NCBI GenBank assembly: GCA_048939465.1
Contig: JBHLPL010000001.1
Location: 1 to 32,000 of the forward strand
Length of the DNA: 32,000 nucleotides
Source: Promethearchaeota archaeon
Lineage (GTDB): Archaea > Asgardarchaeota > Odinarchaeia > Odinarchaeales > JBHLKK01
Direction: 5' to 3'
Shown here: positions 1 to 10,504 of the stretch, in pieces
Position numbering within the stretch: the stretch's first letter is position 1
How the letters are laid out: every line of letters starts with the position of its first letter
Notes under the pieces: generated by a model
Databases searched by the model: none
Seen by the model: only the letters and a program-made list of their open reading frames with translations
Told to the model about the DNA's origin: nothing
Program-made: the position numbers and the translations under genes

Positions 1-405
1 ACTAAGGGAATAGAACTGGCGAAAAGGAACGGCCTTATCAACGTTTGCTGTGCTCCTGACGGCCAGACAGCAGCAGAGATTGCTAAATTCGGGCCAGATT
101 TTATTGCATTTGAAGTTCCTGAACTCATTGGTACAGGGAGAGCTATATCTAAAGAGAGGCCAGACTCTGTAAGGGAGTTTGTCAAGATTCTTTCGACTTC
201 CAATCCGAAAACGATGCCGCTGTGCGGGGCAGGCATTTCTACGAGCGAGGATGTGGAAACCGCATTTGAACTCGGGACTAAGGGAGTATTGGTAGCATCA
301 GCTATTGTGAAAGCGTCGAATCCGAGGCTGATTCTAGAAGAAATGGTGAGTGCTGCTGACCTGTGGGCCTCCCATGGTAAGGCCAGAATATTTCGGCAGG
401 ACTAA
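1..405 (+). CDS. tpiA: Triosephosphate isomerase, archaeal type (5'-truncated by window edge)
   Basis: Frame 1 is open from base 1 (TKGIELAKRNGLINVCCAP...IAFEVPELIGTG...LCGAGIS...GVLVASAIVKA). The ExPELIGTG loop-6 and GVLVAS motifs are typical of archaeal TIM. Confidence 0.93.
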   Translation, partial: TKGIELAKRNGLINVCCAPDGQTAAEIAKFGPDFIAFEVPELIGTGRAISKERPDSVREFVKILSTSNPKTMPLCGAGISTSEDVETAFELGTKGVLVASAIVKASNPRLILEEMVSAADLWASHGKARIFRQD

Positions 406-466
406 TCGCCGGGTGCAGAAGGTCGGAAGCTCAATCTCCTCTCTTTGACAAGGTGGATGATTTCAC

Positions 467-600
467 GTAAACTACTCCTAGCTATAGCAAGGAGCTTTCC
501 ATCAGAGGTTGAGTATGGTAAACTGCATCACTCAGAATCCCATCATTTGGACGAAAGAGCCTGTTTACTGAGACTCTAGCTCCAGTAAAGCGGGAAAAGA
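467..600 (-). mobile_element. Element D: IS200/IS605-type right end with upstream structured sequence (5' boundary uncertain)
   Basis: The minus strand ends GAAAGCTCCTTGC-TATA-GCTAGGAGTAGTTTAC, matching the terminal hairpin and end of the copies at 15050, 22502 and 27277. No left end was recognised. Confidence 0.6.
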
Positions 601-680
601 AGTAGAAACCTTGAAGTTCCCACACCATCGCCGAATCAATAGTGGTAGCAATCATCCTTCTCGATGCCGATCAAATGTCT

Positions 681-1880
681 CTATTTCTTGATAATTTCGG
701 GAACAGTCTTTTTCACCTTACGTGCCCGATGGAAATCAATTATCAGAGCAGCCAGAGGGAAGCATAGTGCGATAGGTAAGAGTATTATTATAACGATTTC
801 AGGAGTGACCAATTCCAAACTCTCGAGAATTGGCTGCGGGGCTCCAAAGGCGGATAGAATCGCGACTGGATTGAGACTGATAAAAGCTAGGACTATCACT
901 GCAACAAGACGCAAGATGATGTTGGGTATGGAAGATCTGATTATCCCTGCAGCAGATGGAACGGCGGCTTCTGCTGTAAGAGTGCTTTCAGCTTCAGGAT
1001 CCTCACGCATAAGTTCGTTTAGATAGATATCTAATCGCCTGATGTCTTGAATTGATTCGAGTTCAATTACCGACTCCTTCGGATAAAGTCTTTTCTCCAA
1101 GTGCTCTCTGAAATATTGAACAGCTTCCGGACTGAACTTTCTTTTAATGGACATAGTAGTTGGCTTTTCTGCCTCTTTTTGCTTCACTTCTCGTTTTGCC
1201 TCCTCTTTTACTGCACTGATTTGCTTTCTCAGACTCTCCTTCCGAATCAATGCAGGTTGACTAACTTCATGAGCATAAGAAGCGTGGTATGAAATCTCTA
1301 GAAAGATGTATGTGAATATAACTACCTGAAATATCGGACTTACCAAAAAACCGATGATATCTGCTGGAGGAAAGGTATTTCCTATTGTAACGTTTTGGAG
1401 GACTGCCCCCAAAACTATCATTCCTTGTATTGAAAGAAATGAGGCTGAAGCGAGTCGAGCTTTGCACCGAACTAGAAAGAAGATACCAGTAATGATGGCC
1501 ACTGAGAGAAGCACTTGAAAACCAAAGCAGTATGCCGGCCATACTATGTCCGCTATCGGCGGAAACTCAGAGACTGCTGGACCAAACCAGGTTTTTTCGA
1601 TGAATCCAGATACTGCCTGCTGTAAAGCTTCCTGAATATGAGGAGAGGGAAATACTGATGTAAACAAGACGCCAAAAGAGAAGATTACTACTTCTAAAGC
1701 AAACGTAAAAGCGTAGCTGATTACCGCCCATAATATATTAATTAGATCTGGCAATGCAGTCCATACCCACACCGAAGGTGATAGAATCTGCAGTACAAGG
1801 TACACTGAATAACCAAAAGCCATAATTGAAATTATCCGCAAGGCGGTTACAAGATTACTCGTCATGATTCTTGTCCTCAT
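681..1880 (-). CDS. Multi-pass membrane protein of unknown function, last gene of the MoxR operon
   Basis: About 400 aa with several hydrophobic segments and a charged central soluble region. ATG at 1880 lies 4 nt after the DUF58 stop and is preferred over the ORF-track start at 1901. Confidence 0.75.
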   Translation of the reverse strand: MRTRIMTSNLVTALRIISIMAFGYSVYLVLQILSPSVWVWTALPDLINILWAVISYAFTFALEVVIFSFGVLFTSVFPSPHIQEALQQAVSGFIEKTWFGPAVSEFPPIADIVWPAYCFGFQVLLSVAIITGIFFLVRCKARLASASFLSIQGMIVLGAVLQNVTIGNTFPPADIIGFLVSPIFQVVIFTYIFLEISYHASYAHEVSQPALIRKESLRKQISAVKEEAKREVKQKEAEKPTTMSIKRKFSPEAVQYFREHLEKRLYPKESVIELESIQDIRRLDIYLNELMREDPEAESTLTAEAAVPSAAGIIRSSIPNIILRLVAVIVLAFISLNPVAILSAFGAPQPILESLELVTPEIVIIILLPIALCFPLAALIIDFHRARKVKKTVPEIIKK

Positions 1881-1884
1881 CCGA

Positions 1885-3210
1885 TTAATATACAGCAACA
1901 CCTCGTTTTTTAGCCTTAAGATATTGTGAGACTACCGCAGGTAGATAGTCATCAGGACCGACATCTATGACCGATACATCCATCTTTCTGAGTTCTCGGG
2001 CGACTTTCTCTCTTTTTGAGAGAAACTCTTCGGCAATTGCCTCGGCCAAGGCTTTCTCAACTGGGGCTAATTCCTCCGTCTTTATTTCAAACCACGGCCC
2101 TACAGGGGAGATGACAAGTGTTTCGCATTTGCTTGATCTGGCAATCTTTACGGCATTAACGAAGTTAGTTGTCGTTTCCAAATCTGTCAATATGATAAAA
2201 AGTGCGGTCTTTTTCAAATGTGTGAGCACGTGCTTCACAGCCCTCATGGGTTCTGATCTTCCCATTGACTGAACACGAGCCAAAACATCTAGAATCTTAT
2301 AGAATTGTGTTTTCCCAGATTTCGGCTCAATATAGTTCCAAACCCTGTTAGAAAAGGTCAGCAAACCTACTTCATCTCTTCTTTCTAATCCAAGATGGGC
2401 CAGCAAGACAGCTGCTCTCACCGAATATTCTAACTTGCTGTTTTCGGGTTCTCCAGCGCCCATGGATCCTGAGGTATCCAAGAAGACTACTATCTTTATG
2501 TTCCGTTCGGTTTCGAACTCTCGACTCATGAATTTTCCCGTTTTTGCCGTTGCTTTCCAGTCGATCCATCTAATCTCATCTGTAGGCGTGTATCTTCTTA
2601 TACCCACAAAATCCGTTCCAACACCTTTGTCTTTTGCCCTGTGAATGCCGAACATGATGCCTAATGCTCTTCTTCTTGCCACGGCACCCATCCTTCTAAC
2701 ATCCTGGTATGACGGATAGACAAGAAGCTCTGTATATTCTCCAACGGTTTTTTCGTCGTAGTTGAATCTAAGTCTATCATGGATCACAAGTTTTGTGGGA
2801 CCTATGTCATACTGCCCCCTAAGACGCGGTTGTAGAACGTATGAGAATTTCACATCGGTCTGTGGGTCTAAACGTGTGGCTATCTTATTCTTACCTATCG
2901 CCAGAACAAAGGTTTCTGGAAAAACATCATAGACTTCTAAAAAATCAATTCTTTTGTTACCTTTATTCTTCACCAAAATCTTAACGTGAAAAAAATCCCG
3001 GGCAAAGACCTTAGTTCGATCGACTTTGCGTTCAACCTCAAGGTTCTCAATGAATGTTGATATCTTGAAAAAAGGAAGTCCGATGATCGATATCAGTATC
3101 AAGAATATTCCCAGAAGAACCAAGTAATAGTTAATAAAAGCGAAACCACTGGTCAGAAAGAAAACACCACTCAGAACAATTAGCTGACCTCGTCTTGAGA
3201 ACATATTCAT
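1885..3210 (-). CDS. DUF58 / vWA-domain protein (MoxR partner)
   Basis: N-terminal TM segment, the GTDFVGIRRYTPTDEIRWIDWKATAK DUF58 signature, and MIDAS-like FLDTSGSM. Directly downstream of moxR. Confidence 0.92.
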   Translation of the reverse strand: MNMFSRRGQLIVLSGVFFLTSGFAFINYYLVLLGIFLILISIIGLPFFKISTFIENLEVERKVDRTKVFARDFFHVKILVKNKGNKRIDFLEVYDVFPETFVLAIGKNKIATRLDPQTDVKFSYVLQPRLRGQYDIGPTKLVIHDRLRFNYDEKTVGEYTELLVYPSYQDVRRMGAVARRRALGIMFGIHRAKDKGVGTDFVGIRRYTPTDEIRWIDWKATAKTGKFMSREFETERNIKIVVFLDTSGSMGAGEPENSKLEYSVRAAVLLAHLGLERRDEVGLLTFSNRVWNYIEPKSGKTQFYKILDVLARVQSMGRSEPMRAVKHVLTHLKKTALFIILTDLETTTNFVNAVKIARSSKCETLVISPVGPWFEIKTEELAPVEKALAEAIAEEFLSKREKVARELRKMDVSVIDVGPDDYLPAVVSQYLKAKKRGVAVY

Positions 3211-3233
3211 CCCTTTCTAGCAAGCGCCTCCTT

Positions 3234-4217
3234 CTATACGGGGACTTCAGTTTCCTCTAGTATTTTGGATATGACGCGTTCTTCAGTAAGCCCTTCCAAT
3301 TCCACTTCTGGCTTCAATATTAATCTGTGGTTCAGTGCTTGGAATGCTAGCGCCTTAATATCATCTGGTATGACATAGTCCCTGCCGAGGATGGCCGCTC
3401 TGGCCTTAGCCCCTTTTAATAAAACGATGGAAGCTCTGGGACTTCCGCCGAGTAAGATCTGCGGATCATTCCTGGTCTTAATCACTATATCACGAATGTA
3501 GCTCATTATGTCCTGATTTACATAAACCTCATCAACTGCCCGTTGCATGGAGGCGATACTGGCTGGGCTTGTTACTCTCTTGACTCTGGCGCTTTTTGCA
3601 GCATGTTTCTTGGCCAGGATTTCAACTTCCTCTGATTCGTTAGGATAGCCAACGATTAACCTGAATAGGAACCTGTCGATTTGTGCCTCGGGAAGCGGAT
3701 ATGTTCCTTCCTGCTCCAAGGGATTCTGGGTTGCCATAACCATGAACGGTCTTTCCAGTTGATGAGTCTTTCCCTCAATGGTTACTTGTACCTCTTGCAT
3801 TGATTCAAGCAAAGCCGCCTGCGTTTTAGGAGGAGCCCTGTTAATCTCATCTGCAAGGAGAATATTTGTGAAGATTGGCCCCTTCCTAACATAGAAGTTG
3901 CCTTTTTGCTGGTCAAATACAACTGTCCCCAGGATATCCGATGGGAGTAAATCTGGGGTGAACTGAATTCTTTTGAAGTCACATCCCAGTATTTTAGAGA
4001 ACGCCTTCGCGAGTTCGGTCTTGGCAACACCAGGTACCCCCTCCAACAGAACATGTCCACTGCATAGAAGGGCTATTAAGACGTTCCTGAGAAGTTCTCT
4101 TTTCCCCACTATGACTTTTCCCACTTCGTTCAATACAGCACGAGTTGTTCTTCTTATATCTTCTACACCATATTGGGATTTAGTCTTCTCTTCCACTTTT
4201 TCTTCGGCTTTACTCAT
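3234..4217 (-). CDS. moxR: MoxR-family AAA+ ATPase
   Basis: Walker [22 protein letters not shown], Walker [20 protein letters not shown], and [22 protein letters not shown]. Confidence 0.97.
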   Translation of the reverse strand: MSKAEEKVEEKTKSQYGVEDIRRTTRAVLNEVGKVIVGKRELLRNVLIALLCSGHVLLEGVPGVAKTELAKAFSKILGCDFKRIQFTPDLLPSDILGTVVFDQQKGNFYVRKGPIFTNILLADEINRAPPKTQAALLESMQEVQVTIEGKTHQLERPFMVMATQNPLEQEGTYPLPEAQIDRFLFRLIVGYPNESEEVEILAKKHAAKSARVKRVTSPASIASMQRAVDEVYVNQDIMSYIRDIVIKTRNDPQILLGGSPRASIVLLKGAKARAAILGRDYVIPDDIKALAFQALNHRLILKPEVELEGLTEERVISKILEETEVPV

Positions 4218-5506
4218 TTGACTTTCACCGCCTCACTCAAGCGTGACATTTCAAAGAATACCTTAAGGAATTCATCCCTGTCAGTAATTCTCTTTTTACC
4301 TTCATTTATCTCATCAAGCAATCTGAATGTCTTTCTAATATCTTTTTCATCAAGAGTTGGCATAAGTCTACCTATCCTCGAAACAGCGCTATCCACATCA
4401 AATGCTCTGAGTCTAAGTTGCTCAATCAAATTCTTTTTTAGTTTCTTATAGAGTACTCTCACGGCTTGATTATATGCTTGATGAACTTCATACCACTGTA
4501 ATTTTGAGGAGAAGAATGTTCTCCCCACCCTTCTGAAGACCTCTGAAGGTTTCAATTCTTCAGGTTTCCTTGCCTTGGGTAACCAAGCCCTAATCAGATA
4601 AATTGCCATAAGCGGGTAAAGTGGAGCAAGCAGCCAATGACTTGACATATAATTTATTCTACTCAAGATAGTACCAAAGAAGAGAATAGGTGAATCTAGA
4701 GGCCAAGAGAGGTGCCCCTCATCAAAAACTATTAAGATACTCGTATTGCCTCCTGTGAGCCAGCTAATTATGTTTTCCGCAAACCGAGAATTGTCTTGAC
4801 GATTGATCATATCGTTATTGAAGATACTTGGATCGCTCACCAGAACCACTGAACCGTTTCCTTGTTGGACAACTCCTACCACGGCGAACGGGCCTGTGTA
4901 CTCGCCACTGTCATACTCATAATCCCTGTCTGCGTCCAGCCAGGAAGAGGTGGTAGTCATAGCAAGCGGTGTAAATCCACCACCCCCAATTGCTGTGGGG
5001 AAATTCAATTCAATGGCCGATACTCCCTGGGTTATCGGGTGCGAACCAAAGTCTCTGATAACCGGCAGAGCACAGTTTTTGTCAAAAGATCCTGTGTCCA
5101 GCATCATCTGACCACTGAAGCTAGGACCGACTACTCCAGAGAATGTCAAGAGGAAACTGCCGCTTCCAAAATCGTCAGCTACCAGCAGACCTCCTCCGGA
5201 GCTTAAGAAATCTATCATGGCGGTTGAGGCAATAGGGTCGTAGAATAACCTAGGACCAATCGATAGGAGTATGGCCTGTTCGTTAATCCTATTTATGCTG
5301 CTCACCGAAGATAGGAGGGGCTTTACGCGATAGCCCATGCTCTCGATGTTATCTCGAAATGTAGAAAGACCATTCCAGCCTTGGTTATAAATTGAATAAT
5401 CGTTGTTAGATATTGCCCCCACTCCGATTAGGGGAAGGAATAAGGGTAACCAGCTTACTCCGAAGATTACCAAGAATATACCTAAACGAAGCTTATACCC
5501 CAGCAA
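4214..5506 (-). CDS. DUF4350-like membrane-anchored protein of MoxR operons
   Basis: N-terminal hydrophobic segment, [23 protein letters not shown] and [15 protein letters not shown]. Overlaps both neighbours, suggesting translational coupling. Confidence 0.8.
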   Translation of the reverse strand: MLGYKLRLGIFLVIFGVSWLPLFLPLIGVGAISNNDYSIYNQGWNGLSTFRDNIESMGYRVKPLLSSVSSINRINEQAILLSIGPRLFYDPIASTAMIDFLSSGGGLLVADDFGSGSFLLTFSGVVGPSFSGQMMLDTGSFDKNCALPVIRDFGSHPITQGVSAIELNFPTAIGGGGFTPLAMTTTSSWLDADRDYEYDSGEYTGPFAVVGVVQQGNGSVVLVSDPSIFNNDMINRQDNSRFAENIISWLTGGNTSILIVFDEGHLSWPLDSPILFFGTILSRINYMSSHWLLAPLYPLMAIYLIRAWLPKARKPEELKPSEVFRRVGRTFFSSKLQWYEVHQAYNQAVRVLYKKLKKNLIEQLRLRAFDVDSAVSRIGRLMPTLDEKDIRKTFRLLDEINEGKKRITDRDEFLKVFFEMSRLSEAVKVK

Positions 5507-8500
5507 TCTGCAGCTGCCCTCCAGTTACCTGATTGTACAATGTTGCGAATAGTTGAATCCCTGTCTCGAACTCTTCATTAGAAACCGCATGTTTGCTGAA
5601 TCTCGCTTTTTCATATATTTTGGTGAATTCGTAAAATGCCTGGGAGCTAAGGCTCGTCTGAGAGATGACGTTTTCTGCAAATTCTCGCGAGGTTTGACTT
5701 AGGGGCCGGGAAATATGATAATTGGCAGACACTACTCTTACCAGTGCATCGTAAGCATTGATTATCGCTTCACGTTTTTTGCCTGCGTTTATCAAGGCGC
5801 GGAGTTTCGCTAGTCTGTTGCCAACGGTCACTCTGGGTCCCATTCTTGTCGGGACTGTCACTCTTTTCTTGTAGAATCTCCAACCAAAATAAGCTGCGAC
5901 CCCAATCACAACAATCACAGCAATGTAAATTATCAAATCCAGAGATATTTGCATACCAACTCTCTCCGTAATAGTTATTGTGTCGGCTATATATTGAGAT
6001 TGCGCTTCAGGTATCAAAAGCCCATAGATATAAACGGATCCCTCCACTGCATTACTAGGAACATCATAATTGAGTTCAAAGCTATCGCCTGTAATCACAG
6101 TAGTCCCAATGAGAGAGCCATTCCAGTATAAGGCAACTGTTCTATTTTGTATAAGTCTGCCTAAATTGTCTGTGGCATTTCCGCTGATAGTGACGGTATC
6201 GCCAGGATGGACATTTCGCGGATTTGCCGAAACTGCAACAGTTGACCTTGTGAATATCATAAGGTCTTCATTGCTGGCAGATCCAACATAGTAACCTCCC
6301 GAGGTGTGTGACGCCGTAATGACGACAGTTCCTGCAGGAAGACCGTAAGGAACTTGATAGAAAGACATGTTGAATTGACCGGTTGGCGAGGTTGATAAGG
6401 TGCCGATTGGTGATCCATCAAAATAAATTGTCACGTTTCGTCCTGATATAGAATTTCCCTGATCATCTGTAAGGGTTCCAGATATGCTGATATTCTCGCC
6501 TGGAATTGCGAAGTAAGGCGCAGCATAAAATGTGATGCTTGTTGCGGAGTTCACGTTTATTAACTCTTCCTCACTCACTACGAGGCCTGGCAAAGCAGTC
6601 GTTACATTTATTTTGTATTCTCCCACCGAGAATGCGGAGGGAACTTGGTAGGTAGTAGTGAACTGTCCCGTAGAATTAGTTGTAGTGGAGAGTGTTCCCG
6701 ATAGTATCTCTCCCGGCATCATAAAGAATTGGATGGTGACTTGCTGGCTGGCTATTGGCTGGTCATTACTGTCTAATAACAGACCACTAACTGCGATAAT
6801 GTTTCCTCTGCTAGCATTAGTTGGACTAACAACAAGATTCACGATTTTTGTTTGACCAATGTAGATGGTGGGATCTGTATATGAATCGAGAACAAACGGA
6901 TCTGGTGACCGAAAATACGAGTATATTTTGACTTCTCCGGAAGAACCTATTGGAACAGTATAGATATATTCGTAGTATCCGCTCCCGTTGGTTGTTGCAT
7001 TGTTGATTAGATAGTCTGAGTCATTTCTCCACCAGATCTCCACAACCTGACCTGCTAATGGTGTCATGTTATCAAGTCCAAGATATCCAGAAATTAAGAT
7101 GTCGTCGCCCGGCACCACAACTGTTGTATTGACTTCCGTGGTCACCCAAGAGGCTGCTACTATTGTTACATTTTCAGTGCTGCTGGTGTTAGATGTCCCT
7201 GAGACGGTGTAAAGCAGAGGAATGCCACCTATTTGAACCAAGAATTCGCCGCCAAAGGTTACATAGACCGATGTATTGGCGTTGGGATTCCCAATGGGAA
7301 CTAGGTAGTATATAGAATATTGTCCAGATTGATCCGTCAATCCACGGGTAACATTAACTCCGTCCCAGAAGACATCAATATACTGGCTGGATATCCCACT
7401 CCCGTTAACGGGATCTGATAGTGTTCCTGAAATTACTACTGTTTCTGCCCCTCGAGTAACGTTTGGGGGCGAGAATGGATTTGCGCTCATGGTAAGAGAC
7501 GTGCTGCCCTCAAGACGGAAAATCGTAATGTTTTGGGCTGTAAAGTAGTTTAAGGCATATGCCAGTATGCGATGGGGACCGACAATGGAGCTAGAATCAT
7601 ATTCAATAGTCAGGTTTGCCCACCCTTCTGAATCAGTTTGCAGTTGCCCAAGGAATCTATTGTCAGTCTGATCAATAAACGCAATATCCACATTATTCAT
7701 GGGCTGAGAATTGTTCATTATTCTTGCCTCAAACTCCACAAATCCTCCCCGTCCTATACTCACAGGGCTAATCAAGCTCGTTCCATTGGCAAATAGAAAG
7801 AGGTTGTATTGAACACTTGCCACTTCATCATCACCACCAACTATGTCCGTTATATCTGATGGCAAAGGAGTAGGATCAAACTGGACCCAATTCCCACCAC
7901 TTGTGCCATTTGGGACCCAGACTTCGCTCCAAAAATGAACATTCCATCCACGCACAATACGCGTGTTCCCGGCGAGCTCTCCCGGTAGGAATCCGTAAAC
8001 AAATCTGGCAGAGATATTCAGACATCTTAATAGAACGGAGTACGCCGTGGCAAAATCTTGGCTCGTTCCATTACCGTTCTCCAAAAACCAGTCAACTTGA
8101 TCTCTTCCAGATGGTGGACGAGGTGCAAGGGGATCAAAAACATAGTTACTTGTAAGATACCCGAGAACTTGCATTGCGGTTTCAAACACATTGTGAGTCT
8201 GAGCGTAGCTTTCGAACATGCTAACTGTTCCTGCAACATAGGAATTCGAACTCAGATATGCCGTTCTTCCTCCCGGCAGTTGACAAAAGAGAGTCTGTAT
8301 CCACGAAGGAGTATCAGATGACATCCCTGCATTCACTTCAACATCAGTCAGATTTAGCGGCTGATACGTGACATTATACATAATTGTTGAGTTACCCTGA
8401 CTTGTGAAGGATATTGTCAATAACGCGCTACCATAAGCGTCTGTATCAATGGTAGAATTAAACAGGTTACTAGATGGAATCAGACCAAATGTTCCATAGA

Positions 8501-9047
8501 CCAGCATAGGATCTGGAGACAGTATCGGCAAAAGGAGACTGCCTCCTAAACCATGAGATATATTCATATATATTGTGAATACTGCAGCGTTTGGGGGTAT
8601 CTCAGCCGTACTGATGAACGCCAGATTGGATTGGGTTCCGTTAGTTTTCTCCCACTGTACGCTGTCATAGTAATCGTAAGATGTCATCTTCCAGTATTTG
8701 GGTGGTGTTCCAGGGGTAACATTGAAAATTGTAAGATTAAGAAGAGCTCCATATTGCCCCGTCAGATTAGGATCCAGTGGCGGAATGAATGGTATATCTG
8801 TGCTAGGCATTTGATCATAAAACTCAGAGCTCATATTTTCAAAGAAGTCCCCAAGGTCCCCCCAACTATCAAAATCAAAATCTTGTTGCCCCGAGATTAT
8901 TATTGCATCCTCCTGCTCTTGGACGGTATTATATTCGAGTTGTGAAGTGGGAGGAAAGAAGAGCTGAGGCATACTTATGAATAAGTAGGCAAAAGAAGTA
9001 ACTAACAGAACGATAACTGTGGCCGCGAGCACCTTTCCTTTTGCCAA
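5493..9047 (-). CDS. Large cell-surface transglutaminase-like protein with Ig-like beta repeats and a C-terminal DUF4129-like domain
   Basis: N-terminal TM segment. TGase-like core GTSQDFATA...ARFVYGF...HFWSEVW...WVQFDPTP. Repeated SGxLxDxxxxPIxxxxVxI...TxxxGxFxxxYxVP units and many NxS/T sequons. C-terminal TM plus PLSQTSREFA...YEKARFS. Confidence 0.88.
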   Translation of the reverse strand: MAKGKVLAATVIVLLVTSFAYLFISMPQLFFPPTSQLEYNTVQEQEDAIIISGQQDFDFDSWGDLGDFFENMSSEFYDQMPSTDIPFIPPLDPNLTGQYGALLNLTIFNVTPGTPPKYWKMTSYDYYDSVQWEKTNGTQSNLAFISTAEIPPNAAVFTIYMNISHGLGGSLLLPILSPDPMLVYGTFGLIPSSNLFNSTIDTDAYGSALLTISFTSQGNSTIMYNVTYQPLNLTDVEVNAGMSSDTPSWIQTLFCQLPGGRTAYLSSNSYVAGTVSMFESYAQTHNVFETAMQVLGYLTSNYVFDPLAPRPPSGRDQVDWFLENGNGTSQDFATAYSVLLRCLNISARFVYGFLPGELAGNTRIVRGWNVHFWSEVWVPNGTSGGNWVQFDPTPLPSDITDIVGGDDEVASVQYNLFLFANGTSLISPVSIGRGGFVEFEARIMNNSQPMNNVDIAFIDQTDNRFLGQLQTDSEGWANLTIEYDSSSIVGPHRILAYALNYFTAQNITIFRLEGSTSLTMSANPFSPPNVTRGAETVVISGTLSDPVNGSGISSQYIDVFWDGVNVTRGLTDQSGQYSIYYLVPIGNPNANTSVYVTFGGEFLVQIGGIPLLYTVSGTSNTSSTENVTIVAASWVTTEVNTTVVVPGDDILISGYLGLDNMTPLAGQVVEIWWRNDSDYLINNATTNGSGYYEYIYTVPIGSSGEVKIYSYFRSPDPFVLDSYTDPTIYIGQTKIVNLVVSPTNASRGNIIAVSGLLLDSNDQPIASQQVTIQFFMMPGEILSGTLSTTTNSTGQFTTTYQVPSAFSVGEYKINVTTALPGLVVSEEELINVNSATSITFYAAPYFAIPGENISISGTLTDDQGNSISGRNVTIYFDGSPIGTLSTSPTGQFNMSFYQVPYGLPAGTVVITASHTSGGYYVGSASNEDLMIFTRSTVAVSANPRNVHPGDTVTISGNATDNLGRLIQNRTVALYWNGSLIGTTVITGDSFELNYDVPSNAVEGSVYIYGLLIPEAQSQYIADTITITERVGMQISLDLIIYIAVIVVIGVAAYFGWRFYKKRVTVPTRMGPRVTVGNRLAKLRALINAGKKREAIINAYDALVRVVSANYHISRPLSQTSREFAENVISQTSLSSQAFYEFTKIYEKARFSKHAVSNEEFETGIQLFATLYNQVTGGQLQIAGV

Positions 9048-9142
9048 AGTAAACTCTCCGAAAAGTTCCTTATTTTACTATTCCCTAAGTCTCCTTAAAA
9101 TATCTTCTTATGGGATTGGTGACAGAATCATCCAAGACAGAC

Positions 9143-9682
9143 TTATGCTCTCACATACTGGTTTATCATCATCTGGGCAATTGAGTTAAACGCTTCACTG
9201 ACATTAAGTCCTGATTTGGCTGAGGTCTCTATGAATTTAATGCCCAGTTTGTCGGCTAATTCTTCACCGTCTCTGGAAGCAATAACTCTCTTGCTCTCCA
9301 TATCGGCTTTATTACCAACCAGTATGCATGGAACCCGTCCACAATGCCTGAAAACATCATTAAACCATCGATCAATATGGTCAAAAGAGTTCTTATTCGT
9401 TATATCATAAACCAATATGGAGCCTCGTGACCCCTCAAGATAGTGCTTACGCAAAACTCGATATTTGTGTTGCCCTCCCAAATCCCAGATTACCAGATTA
9501 ATATTGTAGTCTCCAAGAATCATCAATTTCGCGCTAAAATCAATTCCAATTGTGGGAATGTAGCGCCCAATAAAGCGGTTCTCGGAATACCGATAGATTA
9601 TCGAGGTCTTCCCTACTTCTGCATCTCCTAATACTGTTAACTTGAAGATGTATTTCTTTAGGTTCTTGTCTCCTTTTGGCAT
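9143..9682 (-). CDS. Rab-like small GTPase
   Basis: G1 GDAEVGKT, G2 YIPTIGIDF, G3 WDLGGQ, LVYDIT, G4 NKAD, G5 ETSAK. Confidence 0.95.
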   Translation of the reverse strand: MPKGDKNLKKYIFKLTVLGDAEVGKTSIIYRYSENRFIGRYIPTIGIDFSAKLMILGDYNINLVIWDLGGQHKYRVLRKHYLEGSRGSILVYDITNKNSFDHIDRWFNDVFRHCGRVPCILVGNKADMESKRVIASRDGEELADKLGIKFIETSAKSGLNVSEAFNSIAQMMINQYVRA

Positions 9683-9688
9683 AATAGG

Positions 9689-10504
9689 TTACCTCAAATC
9701 CTCTATTCTTTCTTCAGCGGGAATATTGAGAGTGAGTAACTTCTCAGTGAGATATTCAAACGATTTGACATAAATCGGATTCTTGATCCACAGAGCTAGG
9801 TCATAGATCGGTGTCGGAGCCCACCTTCCTATGAAAGTAACCAGGCACTCTTTTCCGTCTATGGTATAAACTCCTACCGGTGTTTCACCGAGAGACCAGT
9901 GATAGACTGTAGCGGTCTTCATCAATTGCAATGCCACGTCTAGATCCTTTTTGGTAATCTTCCAACCAATTACCAACTCTACACCTTTAGAGACTTTTTC
10001 TTTCAACAGTCCGAATATTTGCTCTCTCAAAGCGTCGTTGAACATCAATTCGGGTGTAGCAAGAACAACGATTTGGCTCTCCGCTTGCTCGATGAGTTTC
10101 ATGGTCAGATCCCGTATTTCCTTTTCTCCATTGACTAACCACATTGTTTCAGAAGCACTTGAAATTTCGGTTGGCTTTAGAGTTCTGATCAGTTTCTTGA
10201 GATCATCCACCAACGACTTTTGCTCTTTGAGCTTCTTCTCCAACTTGGTTATGACTTTCCGAGGTGGAACAGCAATGTAACGTGCTCCTCTCTTTACTGC
10301 CTCCTTTCTAACTAGCCCCTCATTCTCCAGTCTTTCTATAACTCTGTATACGTTGGGTCTTGGCACGTTTGAAAGATCTGCAATTTCTGTTGGATTTAGA
10401 GCTCCCCCTGTTGCTAACACGATATACACCTTAGATTCGTAATCTGTAAAGCCCAGTTGCTTTAGGTGCTCAACTATCTCCTCCGCTTTTCCTTGTATTG
10501 GCAT
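9689..10504 (-). CDS. TrmB-family transcriptional regulator
   Basis: N-terminal wHTH LKQLGFTDYESKVY...SNVPRPNVYRVIERLENEGLV, followed by an effector-binding domain. Confidence 0.92.
   Translation of the reverse strand: MPIQGKAEEIVEHLKQLGFTDYESKVYIVLATGGALNPTEIADLSNVPRPNVYRVIERLENEGLVRKEAVKRGARYIAVPPRKVITKLEKKLKEQKSLVDDLKKLIRTLKPTEISSASETMWLVNGEKEIRDLTMKLIEQAESQIVVLATPELMFNDALREQIFGLLKEKVSKGVELVIGWKITKKDLDVALQLMKTATVYHWSLGETPVGVYTIDGKECLVTFIGRWAPTPIYDLALWIKNPIYVKSFEYLTEKLLTLNIPAEERIEDLR

Noticed and set aside
430-466. Possible second right end on the + strand (AATCTCC...GGATGATTTCAC) abutting element D tail-to-tail
   Set aside because: The stem is weak and lacks the TTGC/GC core shared by the four accepted ends, so it may be chance.
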